NCBI GenBank assembly: GCA_951406725.2
Contig: OX597814.1
Location: 145,390,001 to 145,454,000, forward strand
Length of the DNA: 64,000 bases
Source of the DNA: Octopus vulgaris
Taxonomy: Eukaryota
Direction: 5' to 3'
The position numbers and the translations under genes are program-made. Position 1 is the first letter of the stretch; every line of letters starts with the position of its first letter. The notes under the pieces were generated by a model. That model worked only from the letters and a program-made list of their open reading frames with translations, had not been told where the DNA came from and did not search any database. Below, in pieces: positions 53,334 through 64,000 of this stretch.

Positions 53334-54519
53334 TATATACACATACATATTTATACATAAACACCTCTTTGAATTTCTGCCGTCCATGATCCTAGATGAA
53401 CCCCCATCACGGTAAGAAACTCAATAAGGGCAGCAATGTGATAAACCCTCATTCACGGGAAGGTGCTGATACTCATAATGACCCAGCATGGCCACAGCCG
53501 TTATGCAGAAAATGTATAGAAGAATATATAACCATAAAGACATCTATATATAACGACGGGCATCTACATATTTTGTCTATATCTACCGATTACATCTCAC
53601 AATGTTTAACAGTGAAACTGATGCGATAGGTCAAGTCTCTTGCGGCTTGTACCATGTAGTGTGAGCGAACTCGTAGCGCTTTTGTTACGAATCAAACTTG
53701 TTAACCACTCAGCTATGCTTGCGCCTCATTGTTTTTAGTCGTATATTCATACATTTCTATATTTCTGTTCGTTTTTAATTACATATATGTACATGTGCAC
53801 ATGTACGAGCGCAGGCGCACGCTCGCATATGCACACATTCACATTTAGATATACAGATACATATATACACAAAAAATATGCATCTCTCTCTCTCCCTCTC
53901 TCTCTCTCTGTATGTATATATATATATATATATATGTATGTATATATATATATATAGACATATTTATGTATATCAAATATCTCTTTTCCTCTGAGTGTGC
54001 ATTAGTCTGTGTAATGTTGCGAATTGCATTACATTTTTGTGTCTATGTTTCTCAATTTGTACACACACACACACACACGTGTGTGTTTAGGTGTGTGTCT
54101 GTGTATGTATGTGTGTATGTATGTATGCATGTGTGTATATGTAAATATATATTCAAAACTGCATAAGCAGAAATACATTTTGGGAACGTATGTCAATCCC
54201 TATAGATATTTGTAATTCCATTCATACGCATTAAGAAATACAAAAAAATATAACGTATATGGAAGAAGACGGACAAGGAAGGAGCGGATTGCATGTAAAA
54301 AGGCAGCTGGAGAGTAGCGGGAAGAGGAAGTGGAAGTGAAATAAAAATATAATGTAATGCGAAATTGTGTGTATTTTTGTGATAAATCTATTTATCTAAG
54401 CTCCAAATTGAATAAGACAATATATCAACGAAAATAAATAATATAAAGCATGAATAAAACAACAAAAATATTTACTATAAAATAACGAAATAATAAAAGC
54501 TATGGAATATAAAATAATA

Positions 54520-54670
54520 ATGCAAGCCGGAATGATTGGTTTAGCTTTGGAGATAAACATCGAAAAATACTGTCGTAGAGGTCAGTATTAGAAATGTCGG
54601 GTTTGATTAATGCTGAGTCATCGCGTTCAGCTTGGCGTAGAGTGGCCGACATGCTAATCGTGCTCATGCG
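54520..54670. promoter_or_regulatory. Candidate cis-regulatory island (ARE/MARE, CCAAT, ETS-like motifs)
   Basis: TGCTGAGTCAT at 54611-54621, GCCGGAAT and ATTGG near 54526-54540 in locally CpG-retaining sequence; motif match only. Confidence 0.25.
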
Positions 54671-55208
54671 CACAAAAAACGAAGAAAAAAGCGAAGAAAA
54701 AAATGCAACAAGTACGTATGAATATATACACTTATACATACATATATAAACATATAATAACGTGTACGTTGTTTGTTTGATGTATGTATTAATGTATATG
54801 ATGAATGTATGTGAGTGTGTAAGTGTGCAATTGTGTGTGTGTGCGCGTGTATGTGTGTGTGTGTCTGTGTGGAATTATGTATATATATAGATAAACAAAA
54901 ATATACGTCTACTTGTAGGTAAATATGTCTGTGTATACACACACACACACATATATGTGTGTGTGTGTGAATATATATTTATATACACATATATATTTAT
55001 GTATCTATGTATACATATATTACACACACACATATATATACATGTATATTTAGATATATATTCATATATATTTATGTATGTGTATATATATGTATGCATT
55101 AATATATATATATATATATATGTATATTTATGCATATATGCATATGTACATATATTTTATATATACGTATGTATATATGTATATATATATATGTATATAT
55201 ATATATAT

Positions 55209-55254
<46 letters not shown>

Positions 55255-55724
55255 CAACATAATCATTCACGCATAAGAAAAAAACAAAACCGCGCACATG
55301 TAGATGCACAGCACATAGCACACATGCAGATGCACAAACACGCAAGCACACATACTCCTATGCATACATACATACATACATACATCCAGATAAACGTACA
55401 CTATTGCACAACCACAATCGCATACACAAGCACACAAACTCATACACATGATTTGCAGCTGAACCCTCGACTCTTCCCGGTCGTTTAACTTGTGATATAT
55501 ACGCTATATATTATTCATTCTCCTTTCGTCTCTTGTTCCATCCCTACTTGCTTGCATTTACAAACGTCCTTCCTTTAACAAACAACAATGACATGGTCTC
55601 TAAAAGATAAATACCACTCACAATATTTTCTTTTATTGGCCAAGAGGCTTTTACAGGACAGTACAAGGAGGAAATATAAAGAAGTGAGAGCTTACCAGCA
55701 ACTAAAAAGTAACTACAACAGTTA

Positions 55725-56325
55725 ATATTCGTCTCTACTCTAGGTACAAGGCCTGAAAATTTTGGGGAGGGGGCCAATCGATAGGATCAACCTCAGGATT
55801 AAAGGCAAAGTCGACTTCGGTGGAATTTGAACTCAGAACGTAGCGGCAGACGAAATACCACAAGGGGCTAAACACAGAGAAGACAAACAAGGAGAGACAA
55901 ACGGATTAAGACGATTATATCGACCCCAGTGCGTAACTGGTACTTATTTAATCGACCCCGAAAGGATGAAAAGCAAAGTCGACCTCGGCGGAATTTGAAC
56001 TCAGAACGTAACGGCTGACGAAATACTGCAAAGCATTTCGCCCTGCGTGCTAACGTCTTTGCCAGCTCGCCGCCTTTTTTTTTAACGACTCTTATTTCTT
56101 TATTGCCCACAAGGGGCTAAACATAGAGGGGACAAACAAGGACAAACAAAGAGATTAAGTCGATTACATCGACCCCAGTGTGTAACTGGTATTTATTTAA
56201 TCGATTCCGAAAGGATGAAAGGCTTAGTCGATCTCGGCGGAATTTGAACTCAGAACGTACCGATAGACGCAATACCGCTAAGCATCTCGCCTGGCGTGCT
56301 AACGATTCTGCCAGCTCGCCACCTT
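55725..56325 (-). mobile_element. Tandem array of three SINE family D units
   Basis: Three GGAATTTGAACTCAGAACGTA modules. Confidence 0.9.
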
Positions 56326-56349
56326 GCTACGACAGTTAGTATAACTATA

Positions 56350-56740
56350 TCACTGAGTTCAAATTCTGCCGAGATCGTCTTGCATTTCATCCTTTTAGAG
56401 TCGATAAAATAAGCACCAGATGAACACTGGGGTCAATGTAATAGACTAGCCCCTTCCCCCGCAATTGCTTCCCTTGCGCAAGAACTTAAATCCAATACTA
56501 CGATGCTGGATAAAGCGGCGATCTGGCAGAATAGTTAGTATGCTGGGTAAAATGCTCAGAGGCATTTTGTCCGTCGTTACAGCCGAAATTGATTTGCCTT
56601 TCATTATTTCGGGGTCGATAAAATAAATACCAGTTGAGTATTGGGGTCAATGTAATCGACTAGCCCCTTCCTAAGTAATTGCTAGCCTTGTGCGAAAATT
56701 TGAATCCGACATCACTATATTGGTTGGCAAAATCGTTAGC
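56350..56740 (+). mobile_element. Tandem array of older SINE family D units, opposite orientation
   Basis: Two GTCGATAAAATAA..CCAG..TGGGGTCAATGTAAT.GACTAGCCCC units plus a partial head. Confidence 0.8.
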
Positions 56741-56759
56741 ACAACTCCCGCGTTTCTCA

Positions 56760-56960
56760 TCGTCTCTCACCTCCTCTATAGTGACGGTAATTCTCTTGTG
56801 CTAACAAAAAATTTAGTCTATAAGCAGCCTGGTGCATTTCATAAGTATCTGTAGCGTTATTCTTTTTTTTTCCCGGTTTAACGCAAACTTTGTTGCATAG
56901 CGAGTCTCCAAGCGACCCAAATGCATTCTGTAAACTCGTCACCTGTGACAAGCGGTGTTT
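56760..56960 (-). pseudogene. Mariner transposase N-terminal fragment
   Basis: RYATK(fs)CVKPGKK..ATDTYEMHQAAY resembles mariner R..IKFCVKLGK.ATET.EML..AYG. Confidence 0.6.
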
Positions 56961-57363
56961 GAAGGGTGGATTCAAGCTGAAATTACAACCGTCTTCTACA
57001 ATCTGTAATAGCAAAAGCTAGCAGGTTAACGTACTGGATGTATAGTAAAGATATACTATACATCGATATCTTTTTGCTTTAGATCTGTTCGAAATATATT
57101 TATAATATAAACTATCTAATTGGCTGCCACATACTTTCCAATAGTTTTAAACTGACTAGATATTAGTTTTAGTCATGTAGTTTTTCCTTAATTTGATTTA
57201 AAATATCACAGAAATAAAGATATTGGCTTGTTTGTTGGATTATAACAGTTATAATTGCTATTCAACGACTTGGGAATTGCCGAGGATATACGTACTAACA
57301 ACATACTTTGATTGTTATTTACAGACCACATATATTTCTTAATGTTTTTGTAATGACCTTAAA

Positions 57364-57411
<48 letters not shown>

Positions 57412-57479
57412 TACAAAAAAATTAACAGAATGAGATAAAAATCCAAGGTTGTGAAAGATTTCAGAACAATCATAAATAG

Positions 57480-57527
57480 GTCTTACAGCTGTTTCCGGGA
57501 TATTTTATATACCTCTTCATCAGAGAC
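57480..57527 (-). ncRNA. Type I minimal hammerhead ribozyme
   Basis: GTCT-CTGATGA-AGAGGTATATAAAATATCCCG-GAAA-CAGCTG-TA-AGAC: perfect 4-bp stem I, palindromic stem III ACAGCUGU, GUA cleavage triplet. Confidence 0.8.
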
Positions 57528-57665
57528 GGTGTGAGAAAATGGTTAAGCAATAGTTATTCTAGATAAAATTAGTTATCTAGAATAACTAGTGCACTTCCTT
57601 ATATATATGTGTTCTAGAATAGTTATCTATAATAACTATTGCTATAATAACCATTTTCTCGCACC

Positions 57666-57712
57666 GTTTCTGATGAAGGGATATTTAAATATCTTGGAAA
57701 CAGATGTAAGAC
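57666..57712 (+). ncRNA. Type I minimal hammerhead ribozyme
   Basis: GTTT-CTGATGA-AGGGATATT ta AATATCTT-G-GAAA-CAGATG-TA-AGAC: long stem II, GUA triplet. Confidence 0.8.
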
Positions 57713-57929
57713 CTGCTATTTATAAATGTTCTGAAATCTCTCATTCTGTTAATATTTTTATATATACACATGCTGATATATGACATACGTTCGACTCCTC
57801 ATTCGCATAATCAACGAACCTGGAGCTTAATATAGTCTATCCATAGCACTTACTCAGCATTATCTGACAACTTTGGGTCTTCTTGAAACCATTAACTCTC
57901 ATAACCTCAATATATATATATATATATAT

Positions 57930-58115
57930 TCTTTTATTCATCTATTTGTTTCAGTCATTTGACTGCATCCGTTCTGCAGCATCACCTTTAAGTCAAACAA
58001 ATTGATCCCAGGGGTTGTACTTATTCCATTCGGACTCTTTTCACGAACCGCTGAGTTACGGGGCGATAAACATACCAACATCGGTCGTCAAGCGACAGTG
58101 GGAGGACAAACAGAG
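57930..58115 (-). mobile_element. SINE family A 3' part
   Basis: TGTTTCAGTCATTTGACTGC..GAACCGCTGAGTTACGGGG..CCAACATCGG. Confidence 0.8.
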
Positions 58116-58204
58116 ACATAGTATGTCTATATATGTGCGTGTGTGTGTGTATACACACATATATATATGCACATATATACAAATGTACACACACGCACAC
58201 ACAC

Positions 58205-58360
58205 ATATTCTCTCTCTGTTTATTTTCTCTTATTAATTTCTGTTGAAGGACGTAGGCTCAAAACGTAAAAAATTTTCTCACTTTCCCGATCGTCAAACTA
58301 ATACATCTGCTTGTTGTTCATACACCTGTCTTCGTCGTTCGTTTTTCTGTAAATTTCAGC
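58205..58360 (+). mobile_element. Solo 3' pseudo-LTR fragment of the 34.5-kb Penelope family with HHR relic (58235-58274)
   Basis: CTGTTGAAGGACGTAGGCTCAAAACGTA..CACTTTCCCGA.CGT..AATACATC..TGTCTTCGTC; between microsatellites. Confidence 0.75.
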
Positions 58361-58376
58361 TCTCTCTCTCTCTCTC

Positions 58377-58445
<69 letters not shown>

Positions 58446-58579
58446 CACATATATACATATATATGTGTGTATGTTTTCTGCACGTATTCTATTATTATCA
58501 TGTCTAAAGTAGATACGAACCAGCATATTCTAAACAAACACACACACACGCACGCACGCACGCACACACACACACACAC

Positions 58580-58611
<32 letters not shown>

Positions 58612-59340
58612 GTGTGTGAGCGTGTCTGGCATTTCTTTATATATATGTGTTCGTATTTGCTTCGAAATATGTTAGGAAATATCATAGAAAGTGTGCCATT
58701 AATTCAGCACCTGGGTCCATTTCAGGTGCTCTATTAATAGAAGTACTCTATTCCGTGTGAGTACTCTATTATGTTTATGTAGTCTATTATATGAGATGAA
58801 AATTACTATAGATTTTTTTTATTATGAATGTCATTATTAATAAATAATTGCATCTAATATAATGAAAAGTGATTTGAGTTGGCCGACATTCAATTTCATG
58901 GCTTACTAGTAGTGCGTAGTACAAGCCAGACCTACGACAATATAGCCTAAGATTGACGTATGATATTTCTGTGTTGCAGTCGAATATAGAAAATTTTCAA
59001 TTTCTGCTCTCCAAACCAAAGACTATGCAAATGACAAATCTTCTTTACATTCATTTGATTCTAACGTTAAGCAAGGAATATTCATGCTGTATCCCCAGAA
59101 GTGTATTATGTTGCTTTATTTAATCTAATCGAACTTATTTTCATATCTCAGTTTTTGAACGTATTATATATATTTTGTAGGTGTTCGCCTGTTAAGCTGA
59201 TTCTGTCCTTATAACATTTCCATCACCTAGTTTAAGATAGGGTTGTGTATTTTCCCATTAATAACATACATACATACATACATGCATACATACATACATA
59301 CATACATACATACATACATACATACATGCATGCATATATA

Positions 59341-59552
59341 CGAGGGGTTGCTGAAAATTTTCTGGCTTTAGGGGCATAACGAAAGACCTGGCTCGAAGCC
59401 CAACCTTCCCAGTTCTTTTACAGGGCTTAGAAAAACTGAAGGACCCCTGCAATAAGTGTGTGAATCTGAGAGGGAAATATATTGAATAAAATCATATTTA
59501 ACTACTGTATTTTCTTTTACTCAAAGTCAAGAACTTTTCGGCAATAACCTCT
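59341..59552 (+). mobile_element. Mariner-derived MITE (internal deletion)
   Basis: TA-CGAGGGGTTGCTGAAAA TIR; encodes transposase end QGLEKLKDPCNKCVNLRGKYIE*. Confidence 0.85.
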
Positions 59553-59599
59553 TACATATATACATACATACGTACATACATACACTCATACATACACAC

Positions 59600-59647
<48 letters not shown>

Positions 59648-59803
59648 CGGATATTAATCTATCTATCTATCTATCTATCTATCTATATATATATATATAT
59701 ATATATGCGTGCATATATGTATAATACATACACACAAGCACACACACATACACACACATGTATATAAATGAATATGTATGAACATACATACATATATACA
59801 TTT

Positions 59804-60045
59804 GTGGAGGCACATGGCTTAGTGGTTAGTGTGTCACCCTTTCAATCGTAAGATTGTGGTTTCGATTCCTAAATCGGGCCATGCATTGCGTTGATGAGCA
59901 AATCACTTCGTTTCACATAGCTACACTCTAATTAATTGGCAAAAATAAGTAATCCTGTAAGGGACTGGCATCTTGTTCAGTGGGATATATAAACGCTACA
60001 CAATCCGGGAGACTGCGTTTATGAGCCTATGCGTTAGGAAGGACT
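59804..60045 (+). mobile_element. tRNA-derived SINE, family C-like
   Basis: TGGCTTAGTGGTTAG box A, GGTTTCGATTCC box B, GAGCAAATCACTT..TTTCAC core. Confidence 0.75.
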
Positions 60046-60153
60046 TTTGGCCCTTTTTGACACATGCATCATACATACATACACATCTGTACATACATAC
60101 ATATATACATACATACGTACATACATACATACATACATACATACATACATACA

Positions 60154-60187
<34 letters not shown>

Positions 60188-60947
60188 CTTACATACATAA
60201 ATACATACATACATACATGCAAACAAAAATATCCAGTTGTTGATGTTGAAATTCCAATGAAGGAGCCTTGGATCTACGTTTTGGAACCGGTTCGTTCTCT
60301 ATTGGCAACTAATCTAGAAATAAACTGAATAACGACACATAGATAAATATATACATACAGAGAAGCAGACAGACAGACATACAGACAAGCACACAAATAC
60401 ACACATACATGTGGTTGTATGTATACAGGCCACCCACCATGGGAGTAAGTGGCCTATATCAAATTTGAGCAAAATATCTGGATAGTGTGTGACCTGAGGA
60501 AAGTGCAATATTTTTGTGTGTGACGAGCCAATTAGAAACACTAATATTTTTACGGCTGTCCTTTCCTCAGTTTCGGTGATCCTCTGTCTCGTTTTCTATC
60601 GAATGCTTCCTCTCCTCTATTCTTTCTATTACCTCCTCTCTTCATTTCTTTCCTTCTCTTCCCCTTAGCTCTTCTTTTCTAAATCATCACTTCTCTTACT
60701 CTTCCCTCTTTATCTCTGTTCCACTTACCTTAAGTTTATACTTATTGCCTCTCTTCCATCTCCTTCACATGCGCGTATCATTCTTCCAGTGTTCTGCTTA
60801 GTTATAACCAGATATAATTGACGAATGTAGCAACACTTTTCTCGGCCGTTCCCTTTTTCTCCACCGATCAATGGGTCCAGTAACCATATCAGTAACGAAC
60901 TAGAATAAAGAAAAGTATGTAAAGACCATTATTTATGCCTTGTCTTA

Positions 60948-61004
<57 letters not shown>

Positions 61005-61396
61005 ATTGATTGGTTAGTTCTATTTTTGTATAATAGAGAGTAGCAATTGAAGAAGCGAGAAATGTTTTGTGTCCCCAAAGCAGTATATTACACAGTGAAA
61101 CCTAAATTTATTTAGTATTTCATTTAATATTCTATATCTGTTTCCACCAATATGCCTTCTAACAACTGCACTTTATCGATGTAGGCCATCAAATAGGGAA
61201 TATTCATTACATTATTAAGTATCCTATTAAAATTATTGTTTCCATTCTAAATTAAGCATTAAAGTAAGAGTGAGTGTGTAAGACAGAGAAAAAACAAAGG
61301 GAAATACAAATAATTTGAAATTTTGAAAGATTGCCTTGACCTTGGCAGCTAGGGAAGCATGAATTGAATAATACCAACATTGTTTCTATTGCATTT

Positions 61397-61450
<54 letters not shown>

Positions 61451-61527
61451 CAGGAACCGAGAGGTGGAACGAAACGACGAATCGGAACGAACCTGATGCG
61501 GGGCGCTGTCAGACAATAAGGTGATAA

Positions 61528-61564
<37 letters not shown>

Positions 61565-61567
<3 letters not shown>

Positions 61568-61780
61568 AAACTATAACTTATTTAATATATGATTGAAATG
61601 TACAAAAAGAAAAATAAAAGACAGAGGCAGATGAAGGAACAACAGCTAAAGTGTATCAGTTTCACGCCCAGGAAAAATGGAAAAACATTTAACATCTCGA
61701 ACCTACTCTCTTCGACAGATAGGAATGAGGAAAGAAAACGGAAATAGAAAAGTCGGAGAGAGAAAAAAAAACCGGTCTGG
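61565..61780 (-). mobile_element. Older 3' fragment of the 34.5-kb Penelope family with HHR relic (61688-61726)
   Basis: Colinear with 34470-34610; minus strand CTAT-CTGTCGA-AGAGAGTAGGTTC-GAGA-TG-TT-AAAT; abuts (TA)n. Confidence 0.6.
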
Positions 61781-62149
61781 ATTGATGGCCCACATGTCGA
61801 ATTGACTATAAGGTAGTTGTTGAATGGAAGAGAAGATATCAGGGAGCTGGTTACAACTTCAATGAAAAAAAAAAAAAAAAAAAGAAATAGCATGCAACGA
61901 TAACAATTTAAATATATCATGATGGTGCGGAATGTAGAATAAACAAAAGAAATCACAATCATAAATGATCATTCTGAATCGAGATGATAGAGCACCACAG
62001 TTTTGGCGCAGATGTTTAGCGATAGCCTTTTTGGCGATAAATTATTTGGTACTGAAAGCACTCCTCGACACACACAAAAATACACACAAAACACACATAT
62101 TCACAAACACACACAATCACTGACACACACGCACTGACACACACGCATT

Positions 62150-62298
<149 letters not shown>

Positions 62299-62928
62299 GA
62301 ACTAACACATGCAAAGTAATAGGAAGAGAGAAAGTTTTTGAGAGTGTGAGTAAAGGAGATAAGGACAAACAGAAATGAAATATACTGAAATCGAAATGGA
62401 ATAGTTTTTATCTCCCTTTACATGACATAAATACACAGTGAAAGATTTTTTGTGAATTAAAAAAAAACATATTTTATTGAAAAATAGAAAATTGTAACTT
62501 TATATAATTTTTCACCTGGCAGGTGTGAGCATTATGTTTTTAGCCTCAGTGGGGTTCATGCCTATCTAATAGAAATAAGTTATATTGAATAAAAGCAAAA
62601 TTTTCTCGGCACTAAAATGGGTTATTGCTAAAGTGTCCAATAGCAAATGAATTTTATGCAGAATCAGCAGTACCAAAATCTCTAGCGCTAAATTGCTTGT
62701 ACTGAATCCTCCATAATCTTTGGAATTCAATGTTCGCATGCATCTATTTCACCATTAGGTTCCATAAACATTCACAGAAATAGCTAAAACCGAGAAGAAA
62801 AGCTAAGAATACACACACCTATGTATATGTATATTTATATATTTACCCTTGTGTATGTATGTATGCATGTATTATGTATGTATGTATGTATGTATGTATG
62901 TATGTATGTATGCATGTATGTATGTATG

Positions 62929-62998
<70 letters not shown>

Positions 62999-64000
62999 AC
63001 ATTTACGCACACATATAAAAACTCTTACACACGCACATATATATGTATAGGTATTTATAAATAGATAAATAGATACTGAGATAGCGTGACAGCAGAAGAG
63101 AGCTAACACATATTTTATAAAATATCATAGATGTGAAGACCCTTAATTGAGGGAGCAGCTGAGGAAGTCCAAGAAACACCCACAAAGTTGACGAGAGACA
63201 AACAGAACTCATAAATGTGAAGTTTTCATAGTTGTCTTATGTGTCAGATTTTATGATCTTGTAGACAATGGTTAGAGCTCAGAAATTCATGACACATGAC
63301 TTAAGAAGTCTTCAATTCGAAAACATGGCAACTACTACTCTTTATTGTATTGATAAGTTAAGCAGATAACAGCCTTAATTGTATCGCAGGCTTAATTGTT
63401 GTTTTTTACAAAATCTCTGTGAAATATACAAAAAATAAATATTATTGCCAGATAAATTATAATAGTATATGCACAAAATCATTATTTGGTGTGAAGGTTG
63501 GATATACTACTGTAAGATAGTATAACGTATTTGCTTCAGTGCAGTATGTTTTCTTGTGGAACCTATTCTCATTTCGCTAGCTGAAATTATTGACAATGAA
63601 ATAGCCTTCTTATCGGCAAAAAGTAGCCACGGTCCAATCACTGGACACACTCCTACCGAGTTATTCAACTATGAAATATAGTGCAAGTAAACAGTGGATC
63701 TCAAATTAGAAAGTTGATGAAATATTGCCATATTTTATGAAATATTCCTATAATTCATTTTCTCTAAAAGTCAAACATTATGTTTCTACAAATACCTTTT
63801 ACATTTTGAAATGTTACTTAGAAATAAAATATAGTTTAGTTTTAGTGCACTGGCGCTGAGAGCCGAAAGAACAGGAGTTCAAACATCGCAGAAAATACAT
63901 CGTTTAATATAAAATGGATATAAATAATGTCAAATGTTTTTAGATATTACCTCCTTGCAAAATGTAATTCACGGAATTCCCATCAGTTCGGAGTAGTGTT

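Larger units (their letters stand above)
57414..57760. mobile_element. Palindromic element with one hammerhead ribozyme in each arm
   Basis: Terminal inverted TTAACAGAATGAGA / TCTCATTCTGTTAA; arms pair through the HHRs; (TA)n on the left, TA-rich on the right. Confidence 0.85.

Noticed and set aside
56757-57014. Exon-like ORF with plausible acceptor and donor on the minus strand
   Set aside because: The peptide is better explained as a frameshifted mariner transposase N-terminus
63145-63195. CTGAGGA..GAAA match
   Set aside because: No pairing in stems I or II

Overview
AT-rich, microsatellite-saturated eukaryotic non-coding DNA. The repeat families look like those of a coleoid cephalopod, most likely Octopus (inferred from recalled repeat families, not from a search). 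I found no intact host protein-coding gene, rRNA or bona fide tRNA; nearly all listed ORFs are translations of (TA)n, (CA)n, (TACA)n, (AAT)n, (GAT)n or (TTC)n tracts. The interspersed content is four tRNA-derived SINE families (labelled A-D here; D often in tandem arrays), an ORF1-only LINE derivative, decayed RTE reverse transcriptase fragments, a decayed full-length mariner and several MITEs (one carrying telomeric repeats). The most interesting signal is a dispersed set of minimal hammerhead ribozyme (HHR) motifs in short islands next to (TA)n tracts, several with fold-back structure. One palindromic element at 57.4-57.8 kb has an HHR in each arm, another HHR lies between 43-bp inverted repeats at 5.7 kb, and a three-copy family with a variant CUGUYGA core is linked to a Penelope GIY-YIG C-terminus at 34.5-35.6 kb. 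Together these suggest microsatellite-associated Penelope-like or retrozyme-like elements. Coordinates were read by eye, and the boundaries of decayed repeats are approximate.
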